Assembly: GCA_050013235.1 (NCBI GenBank)
Contig: JBEKFQ010000001.1
Coordinates: 163,712-227,711, forward strand
Origin: Beijerinckiaceae bacterium
Lineage (GTDB): Bacteria > Pseudomonadota > Alphaproteobacteria > Rhizobiales > Beijerinckiaceae
Direction: 5' to 3'
DNA length: 64,000 nt
Shown piece after piece: positions 30,120-43,266 of this stretch. A program made the translations under genes and the position numbers. Every line of letters starts with the position of its first letter. The first letter of the stretch is position 1. Under the pieces are notes generated by a model. It was not told the origin of the DNA and searched no databases. It was given only the letters and a program-made list of their open reading frames with translations.

Positions 30120-30388
30120 AACTCGCGTGACAATTGCTGCTCACCTCAGCAAGACTATTCACACCTCGCGCGTCATGCAACATTAAATTGCAATCTCGCG
30201 CGAAATGGATTTTTGAAAACCAAAAACAAACTTTATTTCAATGAGTTCAACCACTTAAGAGTTAACTGGCTTTTTTTTGAAATACAACCATAGAGGGTAT
30301 TTACGATATCGTTCTCGAAAAAGATGTTCGGTATTTCTGGCTCCGGCGCAGTGTTATACTTTATAACAAGAAGAATTCGCCCCACCCC

Positions 30389-30402
30389 GGGGGGGGGGGG
30401 GG
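30389..30402. repeat. G14 homopolymer between parC stop and hydrolase promoter region
   Basis: 14 consecutive G preceded by CCCCACCCC. Confidence 0.9.
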
Positions 30403-30409
30403 AAGTGCG

Positions 30410-32665
30410 CTATGTAAACTTATTCACTTTCGGGAAGCCCTTGGGCGGCAGACGGCCGGCCTCGGCACGGGCGCCAGTCCAATCGCGCAGGTCCAGACCG
30501 CCGACATTGAAGGTCCGGCCCGCCGTATCCACCCATGAAAGGCCATCGGCCCAAGCAAAGATTTTCAAATCGCTGAGGCCGCCATCCTTGTACCGTTGCA
30601 GACGGACGCCCTTGCCCCGGCTCATTTCCGGCACCTGGCCGAGCGGGAAAACGAGCAGACGGCGGTTTTCACCGATTACCGCGACATGGTCGCCCTGTAC
30701 TTGGACGATTACTTGAGCCACGGCGGGTTTGTCGACGATCAAAACCTGGCGCCCCTTTCGCGTGCCACCGATCATATCGTCCTGATTGACGACAAAACCC
30801 CGTCCGTCGGACGCGGCGACGAGCATTTTTTGCCCCGGCGTATAAGGGAACACGGCGGCGATATCCTCGTCTTCGCCGAGATCGGCCATCACGCGAATGG
30901 GCTCACCCTGCCCTCGCCCGCCCGGCAAACGGGCCGCGTCGAGCGTAAACGCCCGGCCATCGGTCGCGAAGACGATGATCTTCGCCGTCGTTTCCGTGAG
31001 GAAACTCACCCGCAACTTGTCGTCGCCCTTGAATTGCAGGCTCGAGAGATCGGCGACATGACCTTTCAGCGCGCGGATCCAACCCTTCCCGGAGACGACA
31101 ATGGTGACCGGCTCGCGCTCGATCAACGCGGCCGCCGCCTGTTCCAAATCGACGGCGGCGGGTGCATCGGCGAAGGTCGTCCGGCGCCGGCCCAGCGCGG
31201 TCTCCGGCCCGTAGGCTTTGCGCAACGTCTTGATCTGGGAGGAAATGGTCTTCCATTGCTTGGCTTCGTCGCCGATCAGGCCGGCGACCTCGAGCTTTTC
31301 CTTTTCGAGCGCATCGTGCTCGCGCTTCAGCTGCATTTCCTCGATGCGGCGCAGGCTGCGCAGACGCGTGTCCAAGATATAATTCGCTTGCAGTTCGGTC
31401 AGCTTGAACCGGGCTTGCAGCACCGGCCGAGGTTCGTCTTCCTCGCGGATGATGCGGATGACTTCATCCAAATGGAGGAAGACGATCAACATGCCGGCCA
31501 GCACTTCGAGCCGGTGCTCGATCTTCTCCAGCCGGAATTTGGAACGCCGCACGAGCACGATCCGGCGGTGATCGAGCCATTGCCGCAGCGCCTCCTTCAA
31601 GGAGACGACGCGCGGCACGACGCCATCGACCAGAACATTCATGTTCAGGGGGAAACGGGTCTCGAGCTCGGTGGCGCGAAAAAGCTGCTCCATCATGATC
31701 GAGGGCGCCACCGCGCGATTGCGCGGCTCGATCACGACGCGGACGTCCTCCGCCGATTCGTCGCGGATGTCGGCGACCAGCGGCAGTTTCTTCTCGTTCA
31801 AAAGCTCGGCGATTTTTTCGATCAGCCGCGACTTTTGCACCATGTAGGGAATTTCGGTGACGACGACGACCCAGGCGCCGCGCGGCCCCTCCTCCTTGGT
31901 CCAACGCGCCCTCAGCCGGAACGAGCCCCGGCCGGTCCGGTAGGCCTCGGCGATGGACGCCTTCGGCTCGACGAGAATGCCGCCGGTCGGAAAATCCGGG
32001 CCCTGGACGAATTGCAGGAGATCGCTGTCGGCGGCCTCGTGATTCGCAATGAGATGGAGCGCGGCGTCGCAGAGTTCGGCCACGTTATGCGGCGGGATCG
32101 AGGTGGCCATGCCGACCGCGATTCCCTGCGCGCCATTGGCCAGCAAATTCGGAAAAGCGGCGGGCAGCACGATGGGCTCTTGCTCGGTGCCGGCATAATT
32201 GTCGCGGAAATCGATGGCATTCTCTTCGATTCCCTCGAGGAGAAGCCGCGCGACATCGGTCATCCGTGCTTCGGTATAGCGGTAGGCGGCGGCGCTATCC
32301 CCGTCGATATTGCCGAAATTACCCTGGCCGTCGACCAGGGGATAACGCGAGGAAAAATCCTGCGCGAGACGCACCAAGGCATCGTAAATCGCCTGGTCGC
32401 CATGGGGATGGAACGAGCCCATGACATCGCCGACGATCTTCGCGCATTTCCGGAAGGCGGTGCCCGGATCGAGCCGCAACACCTGCATGCCATAGAGAAT
32501 ACGGCGGTGGACGGGTTTTAGCCCATCGCGCGCGTCGGGGAGCGCGCGGCCCGTGATCGTCGAAAGCGCATAGGCGAGATAGCGCTCCTCCAGGGCTTCG
32601 TGAAGCGGGACAAGATCGATACCGCCGCCATTTTGCGGCGCGGGGGGAACGGGAGATTTGGGCAT
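30410..32665 (-). CDS. parC: DNA topoisomerase IV subunit A
   Basis: [32 protein letters not shown], short C-terminal domain ending LPPKGFPK. Confidence 0.95.
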   Translation of the reverse strand: MPKSPVPPAPQNGGGIDLVPLHEALEERYLAYALSTITGRALPDARDGLKPVHRRILYGMQVLRLDPGTAFRKCAKIVGDVMGSFHPHGDQAIYDALVRLAQDFSSRYPLVDGQGNFGNIDGDSAAAYRYTEARMTDVARLLLEGIEENAIDFRDNYAGTEQEPIVLPAAFPNLLANGAQGIAVGMATSIPPHNVAELCDAALHLIANHEAADSDLLQFVQGPDFPTGGILVEPKASIAEAYRTGRGSFRLRARWTKEEGPRGAWVVVVTEIPYMVQKSRLIEKIAELLNEKKLPLVADIRDESAEDVRVVIEPRNRAVAPSIMMEQLFRATELETRFPLNMNVLVDGVVPRVVSLKEALRQWLDHRRIVLVRRSKFRLEKIEHRLEVLAGMLIVFLHLDEVIRIIREEDEPRPVLQARFKLTELQANYILDTRLRSLRRIEEMQLKREHDALEKEKLEVAGLIGDEAKQWKTISSQIKTLRKAYGPETALGRRRTTFADAPAAVDLEQAAAALIEREPVTIVVSGKGWIRALKGHVADLSSLQFKGDDKLRVSFLTETTAKIIVFATDGRAFTLDAARLPGGRGQGEPIRVMADLGEDEDIAAVFPYTPGQKMLVAASDGRGFVVNQDDMIGGTRKGRQVLIVDKPAVAQVIVQVQGDHVAVIGENRRLLVFPLGQVPEMSRGKGVRLQRYKDGGLSDLKIFAWADGLSWVDTAGRTFNVGGLDLRDWTGARAEAGRLPPKGFPKVNKFT

Positions 32666-32875
32666 GGCCCTCCCCTAATCGATCGAAGCCGCGCCCGCAA
32701 GTTCCTGTTTTGTTTTCCCAAATGAAAAGTGAACTCCGCCACAAAAAAAGCGCGGCTTTCTCTCGGGATGTTGCGGCATTGCACTAGTTAACGAGCCGAT
32801 GCGGAGCTAGAAGACTGCTCCGGCGGGGGAACTTTTTATCGCGTCCCGGCCTTTGCGTATGTCGCTTCAATCTTG

Positions 32876-32902
32876 GTCGATCTCGTCGATCTCGTCGATC
32901 TC
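32876..32902. repeat. GTCGATCTC x3 tandem repeat
   Basis: Three exact 9-bp copies in the parC/small-ORF intergenic region. Confidence 0.85.
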
Positions 32903-32955
32903 CGTATATTAAGGTGTGGCTAGTGCTTAAATTTTCCTTCGGCTTGAGTAAGACG

Positions 32956-33147
32956 ATGGTCCTTTTCGCTATCGCGGCCGCCGCCCTGATTGTCGCGGTC
33001 ACAGCGGTCACAATGCCATCGTCGGCAACGGTCGAAGCGCATGGAGGCACCGGCAAGGCAGCCGCCTGCCGGACGGAGCAGGTGGCTTTGGACGAAGGCT
33101 ATGGCGTCAGCCGCATTGCCGAGCGCCGCGTCTGCGAAGATCTGTAG
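32956..33147 (+). CDS. Small secreted two-Cys hypothetical protein
   Basis: Hydrophobic N-terminus, then CRTEQVALDEGYGVSRIAERRVC. Confidence 0.55.
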   Translation: MVLFAIAAAALIVAVTAVTMPSSATVEAHGGTGKAAACRTEQVALDEGYGVSRIAERRVCEDL

Positions 33148-33182
33148 ATCAGTAGAACCGCTTTCCCGGCACCGGCATTGAT

Positions 33183-34435
33183 TTACGCCGTCCCTTGATT
33201 CCCTAGAGGCAAGGTGACGACAAAGCGGCTACCGCCGCCGGGTTCCTCGCAACACACGATACGGCCCCCATGGCGGATTGCGATTTGCCGCGTCAGGGAG
33301 AGGCCAAGCCCCCAACCTCCGCTCGCTTCGCTGCGCCCGGCGGCCGGTAAAAGGGCTCGAAAATGCGCTCGCGCTCCTCCGCGGCGATTCCCGGCCCGCC
33401 GTCGGAAACGCTGATTCGTGCCTCGCGGTCATGACGGGACACGACGATACGTACCGGTGGCTGCCCGTGCTTCATTCCGTTCTCTAAAAGATTCCGGAAC
33501 AAGCGCCGCAGCAATATCGCGTTCCCATTCACTTCCACCGACTCGCCCGTGACCGCCGCGCCGAGCCGCGCGGCTTCCTCGGCGGCCAGTCCCAAAACAT
33601 CGATTTCCTCGTTTTGCATGAGGATCGGTCCGGAATGATCGAGACGGCTGGAAAGCAGGATTTCATCGACCAGTTGATCGATGTCCGCGAAGTCCTGGAC
33701 GATCCCGGCATAAGCCGCCGGCGTTGGATTTTGCAGCCAAAGCTCGATAGCGAATCGGAGGCGCGCGAGTGGCGAACGCAATTCGTGACTCGCATTGGCC
33801 AGTAGAGCCTTTTGAGACGTCAACACGGCATCGAGGCGCGAGGCGGCGGCGTTGAAAGTCCGGGCCACCAGCGCGACTTCGTCGCTGCCGGTTTCATCGA
33901 CCCGAGCCGAGAGATCACCCTCGCCCCAACGCGTCGCGCCGGAACGGAGCGCTTCGAGACCCCGTGTCAGCCGCGCCGTAACCGGAAAAGCCGCGAGCCC
34001 AATGCCGCCCGCGACGGTGATCATGACCATGAGAATCAGCGACCCCCCAGGCGGCGGCCCAGGCGGCGGCGGCAATCGCGTCAGGACAATATGGCCATCG
34101 GAAAGGTCGAAGCGCATGATATGATTATGCATTCCGCGCGTATCCGGGCCGAGCTTGATCGGCTTCCCACGCGAGGCGATCAAGGTTCCATCGCTGGCAT
34201 AGACGGAAACATCGGCGTCCGGCGGACCGCCCATTCCCGGCCCGCCCCTATACGGCGAGATAGGGGAGGCTAAACCACCCACGCCAGGAGCACGAATACG
34301 CGATGCTTCTTCCCATTCCCGCTCGGTTTTTCCCAGAAACCACCAGAAACAGCCCATGACCAGCGCGACCGCGGCGAGGCTCGAAAGCAAAGTCAGATAA
34401 ATCTTCCAAAACAACCGGCGGCGAATGACGATCAT
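33183..34435 (-). pseudogene. HAMP-HisKA-HATPase sensor kinase with -1 frameshift before G2 box
   Basis: ANASHELRSPL, NLLENG, DGGPGI; frame breaks near 33336; other frame continues SEASGGWGLGLSLTRQIAIRHGG...RFVVTLP to TAA 33183; 1253 nt = 418 codons - 1. Confidence 0.85.
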
Positions 34436-35130
34436 GTTTCGTCCTGCTTCTTGGCGAAGACATAGCCGCTACCCCGTACCGTGATGATCCGGCGCGGGTG
34501 CTTGGGGTCATCCTCGATCGCCGAGCGGATGCGCGAAACATGGACATCGATGGAGCGATCGAAAGCCTCGAGCTCCTCGCCCTTCACGAGGTCGAGCAGC
34601 CGGTCGCGATTTAGCACCCGGCCGGCATTCTCGGCCAACGCGACGAGAAGATCGAACTGGTAGCTGGTAAGTATTTTATCGCCGCCATCGACCCGCACCG
34701 TGCGCGACCCGCGATCGATGCGAAGGCGCCCGAAACGAAGGGCCGTGGTCTCCGCCTGGAAGGAGCTTCTCTGCCGCCGCAGGATCGCGCGGATCCGCGC
34801 GAGAAGGACGCGCGGATTGAACGGCTTCGAAAGATAGTCGTCGGCGCCGATTTCCAAACCGACGATCCGGTCGGTATCCTCGCCCCGCGCGGTCAACATC
34901 AACACAGGGACATCCGAACACGCCCTGATCCGCCGGCAGACCTCGAACCCGTCGAGGTCCGGCAGCATGAGATCGAGAACGACCGCGTCGAACGGCGCGC
35001 GCTCGATCGCTTCAAGACCCGCGGCGGCGGTGAAGCATTGCTCGGTCACGAAGCCGGCCGCGGAGAAATAGTCGCAAACCATGGCGGCCAGACGCACATC
35101 GTCGTCGATGATGAGAAGCCGATCCGCCAT
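34432..35130 (-). CDS. OmpR-family response regulator
   Basis: LLIIDDD, VLDLMLP, LEIGADDYLSKPF, DRSIDVHVSRIR, TVRGSGY. Confidence 0.95.
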   Translation of the reverse strand: MADRLLIIDDDVRLAAMVCDYFSAAGFVTEQCFTAAAGLEAIERAPFDAVVLDLMLPDLDGFEVCRRIRACSDVPVLMLTARGEDTDRIVGLEIGADDYLSKPFNPRVLLARIRAILRRQRSSFQAETTALRFGRLRIDRGSRTVRVDGGDKILTSYQFDLLVALAENAGRVLNRDRLLDLVKGEELEAFDRSIDVHVSRIRSAIEDDPKHPRRIITVRGSGYVFAKKQDET

Positions 35131-35147
35131 GGAAGCCGCGCTATGCC

Positions 35148-35783
35148 TCAGCCTTTGTCCGGGAATCCGACAGAACCATGGTTCTGCTCGAGATCAGGAT
35201 GATGGTCTCGATCGAAAGGCATGAGCATCGGACCGCCCCAAGGACCATGCTGCGCCATTTCCTCAAATTCCTCAAAGCGGTCTGCGAGACTCACCCGCTG
35301 CGCAGAGGTAAGTTGGTTTGCCACATCGACCAAGGCGCTCGCGATCTTCTTCGAGGCAGCGTCCATTTTGGCGATCTGCCCGGCACGGAGGTTTTCGATG
35401 GCTGCCGCATCGACGACCGGTGCGCGCAGAATATCGAGCGCCTGTTTGCGCAACGCCTCGTGTTGGTCCCCATCCAGGGTAATGTCCGCGAACGTCGCGG
35501 CGATGATGTCGTGAATCTTGGCCTCTTGCGTTGCCGTCGCACCGGCGGAATCCAGGGCTTCGAGCGCCAAATGCTGTGACAGCGCCAACTGCGGAGCATC
35601 GCGAAAACCGGCATGCCCTAACGTCATGGCCGCGAAGGCCAATCCGCCCGCGCCAATGGCCGCGCCGCATACAAAAGCCCCAACCAAGAGGATCGAGCGG
35701 GGCCAACGTGGGGATAGCGTGCCGCCCATGCTACCCGGCACCGAGCTTCCGGCTTCGACATGCGGATTGTCATTCTGGCTCAT
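35148..35783 (-). CDS. Spy/CpxP-family periplasmic protein
   Basis: TM/signal segment, ATATQEAKI and LTSAQR LTxxQ-like motifs; upstream of response regulator and kinase. Confidence 0.75.
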   Translation of the reverse strand: MSQNDNPHVEAGSSVPGSMGGTLSPRWPRSILLVGAFVCGAAIGAGGLAFAAMTLGHAGFRDAPQLALSQHLALEALDSAGATATQEAKIHDIIAATFADITLDGDQHEALRKQALDILRAPVVDAAAIENLRAGQIAKMDAASKKIASALVDVANQLTSAQRVSLADRFEEFEEMAQHGPWGGPMLMPFDRDHHPDLEQNHGSVGFPDKG

Positions 35784-35919
35784 CACGATCTCCCTGGCGG
35801 CGACGGTGTCTCGGCCAAGGAACATTAACAAAGCGACGTTTCGCCAAATCCAGCCGAATGTAAAGAATGATGAAGCAAGCCTGGCCGCGTTCGCCATGAC
35901 GTCCGCAATGTGAAGCGTC

Positions 35920-36642
35920 TCAGTCGCCTTTCATGAGCAGCGCGACATAGGCGTCATGCGCATCGGGCAAGCCGAGACCGCGCGGCGCGAACAGGTTTCG
36001 CGTTAGAAAATATCCCGCGAGTTTGAACCCATCGCGCAGATCGTCGCGGGAAATATGGTTCGCCCTTCCATGCCGGAGAAACGGCGGCAAGCGGAACAGG
36101 CGCTCCTTGTAGGGCTCGCCCGCCACGCGCGACACGGCCCGGCTGCTTTTGGGCGAGACATAGACGAGATCCTCGCGACTGCCGGTCGCCGCGCATTCCG
36201 TGAGATCGACGCCAAAACCGCAATCGGCCAGCACCGCCAGCTCGAACATCACGAGCCCCGCCGCGCTTTCGGGCTCTTTGAGATCCTCGATCAAAATCAT
36301 AGCCCGGTCGTAAAGCCCCGCATGCGACTCGCGCTCGGCGAGGAGCCGGAGCAGCGCGGTCATGAGATTGAGGCCATGCAAGGCGGCGGGTTTGCTCATG
36401 AGATCGCCGGCCCGCAGCTTCGTCGCCTCCACGGCATAGAATCCGAGATGCTCCTCGAGCCGCGCGCGCCAGGTCACCTCGACACTATTGCCCGGCTGAA
36501 GCAAAGGCTGCATCCGCTTGGAGCGCCCGCCCTTGACGAGGCCGAGATGGCGCCCATGCGCGCGTGTCATCACTTCGAGAATCACGCTGGTCTCGCCATG
36601 CTTCCTCGCGCCGATGATGAGACCGTCGTCCTGCCATTCCAT
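35920..36642 (-). CDS. recO: DNA repair protein RecO
   Basis: MEWQDDGLIIGARKHGE, LQPGN, CAATG..EDLVYVSPKS. Confidence 0.95.
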   Translation of the reverse strand: MEWQDDGLIIGARKHGETSVILEVMTRAHGRHLGLVKGGRSKRMQPLLQPGNSVEVTWRARLEEHLGFYAVEATKLRAGDLMSKPAALHGLNLMTALLRLLAERESHAGLYDRAMILIEDLKEPESAAGLVMFELAVLADCGFGVDLTECAATGSREDLVYVSPKSSRAVSRVAGEPYKERLFRLPPFLRHGRANHISRDDLRDGFKLAGYFLTRNLFAPRGLGLPDAHDAYVALLMKGD

Positions 36643-36744
36643 GAGCGGATCACTTTATCATTTTACCGGCTTTGCCACCCAAAAAGGGGATTGATTCTTG
36701 TCCTCATCCGGTCTAGCGGTACGGGACTATCACAAAGGTGACCG

Positions 36745-36795
36745 GTGAAGCAGGACCTTATCGTACGATTAGCGCTGGAGACGGGACGGAGATAA
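36745..36795 (+). CDS. ilv leader peptide (MKQDLIVRLALETGRR)
   Basis: AAAGG SD, GTG start, Leu-Ile-Val-x-Leu-x-Leu cluster with CTT/GTA/TTA codons, followed by terminator. Confidence 0.7.
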   Translation: MKQDLIVRLALETGRR

Positions 36796-36825
36796 CCTCC
36801 GCTTTCTCGCCGCTAGCGCTTACCC

Positions 36826-36850
36826 AGGCCCTTAAGGGGCCTTTTTTATT
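36826..36850 (+). terminator. Attenuator terminator upstream of ilvI
   Basis: AGGCCC-TTAAG-GGGCCT followed by T run. Confidence 0.8.
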
Positions 36851-36921
36851 GCCTTTTTTCCATCCCATACGACCGACCGCAACATCCACCAACGTACCCA
36901 CGCTGCCATGCGAACGAGGCT

Positions 36922-38691
36922 ATGATGTCGACAGCAGAGATGACCGGCGCCCAGATGATCGTTCAAGCGCTGAAGGATCAAAAGGTCGAAACGATCTTTG
37001 GTTATCCCGGCGGCGCCGTATTGCCGATCTACGATGCGCTTTATGGGCAAAACGACGTCAAGCATATTCTCGTGCGCCACGAGCAGGGCGCGGCCCATGC
37101 GGCGGAGGGCTATGCCCGCTCGTCCGGCAAGGTCGGAGTCCTACTGGTGACCTCTGGTCCCGGCGCGACCAATGCGATCACCGGCCTGACCGACGCGCTT
37201 CTCGATTCGATCCCGTTGGTCTGCATCACCGGCCAGGTTCCCACCCATCTGATCGGCTCGGATGCGTTCCAGGAATGCGACACGGTCGGCATCACCCGGC
37301 ATTGCACCAAGCATAATTATCTCGTCCGCTCGATCGAGGATCTCCCGCGTATTCTGCACGAGGCGTTTTACGTCGCGCAGAACGGCCGGCCGGGCCCCGT
37401 CGTCATCGACATCCCCAAGGATGTGCAATTCGCGCGCGGCGATTATGTCTGGCCGCGCCATGTCGAGCACAGAACCTACAAGCCCCGGCTCGAAGGCGAT
37501 GCCGCGCAGATCGAGCGCGCGCTTCATTTGATGGCCACCGCGAAACGCCCAGTGTTTTATACCGGCGGCGGCGTCATCAATTCGGGGCCGGAGGCCTCCA
37601 AACTGCTGCGCGAACTGGTGTCGTTGACGGGCTTTCCCATCACCTCGACCCTGATGGGGCTCGGTTCCTATCCGGCGTCTGGCGCGAATTGGCTCGGTAT
37701 GCTCGGCATGCACGGCACCTACGAGGCCAATCATGCGATGCACGACTGCGATGTCATGATCAACATCGGCGCGCGTTTCGACGACCGGATCACCGGCCGT
37801 CTCGATGCGTTTTCGCCCAATTCGCGCAAGATCCATGTCGATATCGACCCGTCCTCCATCAATAAGACGGTCAAGGTCGAGGTCGGCATCGTCGGCGATT
37901 GCGCCCATGTGCTGCGCGCCATGATCGATCAATGGAAAAGCCGCGAGCTAAGAGTCCCCGAAGCGGCCTTGAAGGACTGGTGGAAGCAGATCGAGATCTG
38001 GCGCGGCCGCAAGTCGCTCCACTTCAAGAATTCGACATCCGTCATCAAACCGCAGCATGCGGTGCGCCGCCTGCACGCGCTGACACGGGGCCACGACACC
38101 TACATCACGACGGAAGTCGGCCAACATCAGATGTGGGCCGCGCAGCATTTCGATTTCGAGGAGCCGAACCACTGGATGACGTCGGGCGGCCTTGGCACCA
38201 TGGGCTACGGCCTGCCCGCCGCCATCGGCGTGCAAATGGCCCACCCCAACGCGCTCGTCATCGATATTGCGGGCGAGGGTTCGATCCTGATGAACATGCA
38301 GGAAATGTCCACCGCCGCCCAATACAAGCTGCCGGTCAAGATCTTCATCCTCAACAACGAATATCTCGGCATGGTCCGGCAATGGCAGGAGCTGCTGCAC
38401 GAGAGCCGCTATTCCGAGAGCTATTCGCACTCCCTGCCGGATTTCGTGAAACTGGCGGAAGCATACGGCGCCCATGGCATCAGGGTTTCGGACCCCGCGG
38501 ATCTCGATGCCGCGATCCAGGAAATGATCGACACGCCGAACGCCGTCATCGTCGATTGCCGCATCGACAAGCTGGAAAATTGCTTCCCGATGATCCCCTC
38601 GGGCAAGGCGCATAATGAAATGATTCTCGCCGACGATGCCGATCTCGAACTCGAGGCGGTGATCGACGCCGAAGGCCGGATGCTGGTTTAA
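36922..38691 (+). CDS. ilvI: Acetolactate synthase large subunit
   Basis: FGYPGGAVLP, RHEQGA, TSGPGATN, TSGGLGTMGYGLPAAIG, GMVRQWQ. Confidence 0.96.
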   Translation: MMSTAEMTGAQMIVQALKDQKVETIFGYPGGAVLPIYDALYGQNDVKHILVRHEQGAAHAAEGYARSSGKVGVLLVTSGPGATNAITGLTDALLDSIPLVCITGQVPTHLIGSDAFQECDTVGITRHCTKHNYLVRSIEDLPRILHEAFYVAQNGRPGPVVIDIPKDVQFARGDYVWPRHVEHRTYKPRLEGDAAQIERALHLMATAKRPVFYTGGGVINSGPEASKLLRELVSLTGFPITSTLMGLGSYPASGANWLGMLGMHGTYEANHAMHDCDVMINIGARFDDRITGRLDAFSPNSRKIHVDIDPSSINKTVKVEVGIVGDCAHVLRAMIDQWKSRELRVPEAALKDWWKQIEIWRGRKSLHFKNSTSVIKPQHAVRRLHALTRGHDTYITTEVGQHQMWAAQHFDFEEPNHWMTSGGLGTMGYGLPAAIGVQMAHPNALVIDIAGEGSILMNMQEMSTAAQYKLPVKIFILNNEYLGMVRQWQELLHESRYSESYSHSLPDFVKLAEAYGAHGIRVSDPADLDAAIQEMIDTPNAVIVDCRIDKLENCFPMIPSGKAHNEMILADDADLELEAVIDAEGRMLV

Positions 38692-38711
38692 GAGGATCTA
38701 ATCTAACCTAG

Positions 38712-38812
38712 CCCCCATCCTGAGAAGCGGGCGAAGCCCGCGTCTCGAAGGACGGGGGCGGCCCCGCGATCCCTCGCCCTTCGAGACGCCTCCGGCTCCT
38801 CGGGGTGAGGGG
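38712..38812. repeat. Intergenic palindromic repeat (CATCCTGAG...GTCTCGAAGG...CCTTCGAGAC type)
   Basis: Nested inverted arms GCGTCTCGAAGG/CCTTCGAGACGC; resembles RIME/REP-like elements of Hyphomicrobiales. Confidence 0.7.
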
Positions 38813-38841
38813 ATCGAGACTTTTGCTAAAGAGCCAAGCCC

Positions 38842-39402
38842 ATGATCGCCCCAAGCAAACCGCCGCTATCGCCCTATTCCTCCAAGGCATTCGAGGAGGA
38901 GAGCAAGCCCCATACGCTCGCCGTACTCGTGGACAACGAACCCGGCGTCCTGGCGCGCGTCGTCGGCCTGTTTTCGGGGCGCGGCTACAATATCGAGAGC
39001 CTCACCGTCGCCGAGGTGGCCCATAACGAACTGCTCTCGCGCATTACCATCGTCACCTCGGGCACGCTCGACGCGATCGAGCAGATCATGCATCAGCTCG
39101 ACCGGCTGGTGCCCGTCCATAAAGTCACCAATCTCACCCTGGAATTTAAGGGGAAGACGGTTGCCCGCGAACTGGCGCTGATCAAGGTCAAGGGACGTGG
39201 CCAAGTCCGCCAGGAGGCGCTGCAACTGGCCGATGCCTTCCGCGCCCGCGTCGTCGATGCCTCGACCGAGAGTTTCGTCTTCGAGCTGACCGGCGCGGCC
39301 AGCAAAATCAACGATTTCGTCGAACTGATGCGCCCGCTCGGCCTTGTCGAAGTCTCGCGGACCGGCGTCGCCGCCATCACCCGCGGCCCCAACGAAATGT
39401 AG
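38842..39402 (+). CDS. ilvH: Acetolactate synthase small subunit
   Basis: VLVDNEPGVLARVVGLFSGRGYNIESL ACT domain, EVSRTG. Confidence 0.95.
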   Translation: MIAPSKPPLSPYSSKAFEEESKPHTLAVLVDNEPGVLARVVGLFSGRGYNIESLTVAEVAHNELLSRITIVTSGTLDAIEQIMHQLDRLVPVHKVTNLTLEFKGKTVARELALIKVKGRGQVRQEALQLADAFRARVVDASTESFVFELTGAASKINDFVELMRPLGLVEVSRTGVAAITRGPNEM

Positions 39403-39446
39403 GCGCCGCCAAAACTCGTTTTGACGTAACCAGCCTGGCGGCCTAG

Positions 39447-40517
<1,071 letters not shown>

Positions 40518-40589
40518 GTTTTATCCCTCACCTTCGATCTCGCGCGTCAACCTTGAAGTGCTTGCCATCGCAGGGAAAAGCGTTCTAGG

Positions 40590-40620
40590 AAAAGGCCACC
40601 GGAAGGTGGCCTTTTCTTTT
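40590..40620 (+). terminator. Intrinsic terminator after ilvC
   Basis: AAAAGGCCACC-GGAA-GGTGGCCTTTT-CTTTT. Confidence 0.85.
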
Positions 40621-40693
40621 GCCATATGGACGCTCCCGGAGGCGCCGGGCTAAACACACTCTTCAGTTTCCGGAGCAGAAGGTTCAACTCTCC

Positions 40694-43003
<2,310 letters not shown>

Positions 43004-43048
43004 CTCCCCGGCGTCACTTTTCTTTTCGACTCTTTTAGACGCCGGGAT

Positions 43049-43200
43049 GTCATTCCGGGGCGAGCCTCTTGGCGAGAACCCGGAACCCAAGACACCTTTT
43101 TTGCAGAATTAACACCAAGGATACCACTGCGGGACGATTTGGCTTCTTCTTGCAAACACGTTGTCTTGGGTTCCGGGCTCGCTTCGCGACCCGGAATGAC
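43049..43200. repeat. Intergenic palindromic repeat (GTCATTCCGGG...CCCGGAATGAC, RIME-like)
   Basis: 11-bp terminal inverted repeats plus inner arms CCCGGAACCCAAGAC/GTCTTGGGTTCCGGG. Confidence 0.8.
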
Positions 43201-43266
43201 ACGGCGGCCCTTCGGGCGATTTTCGTGACACGGAAAAACGACGCGGCATCGTCCTTCGCCCGCCTC

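Noticed and set aside
25460-30410. Island as an integrative or mobile element
   Set aside because: No integrase, transposase, tRNA target or flanking direct repeat found; described only as island-like
32876-32902. CRISPR array
   Set aside because: Only 9-bp tandem copies without spacers; no cas genes in the window
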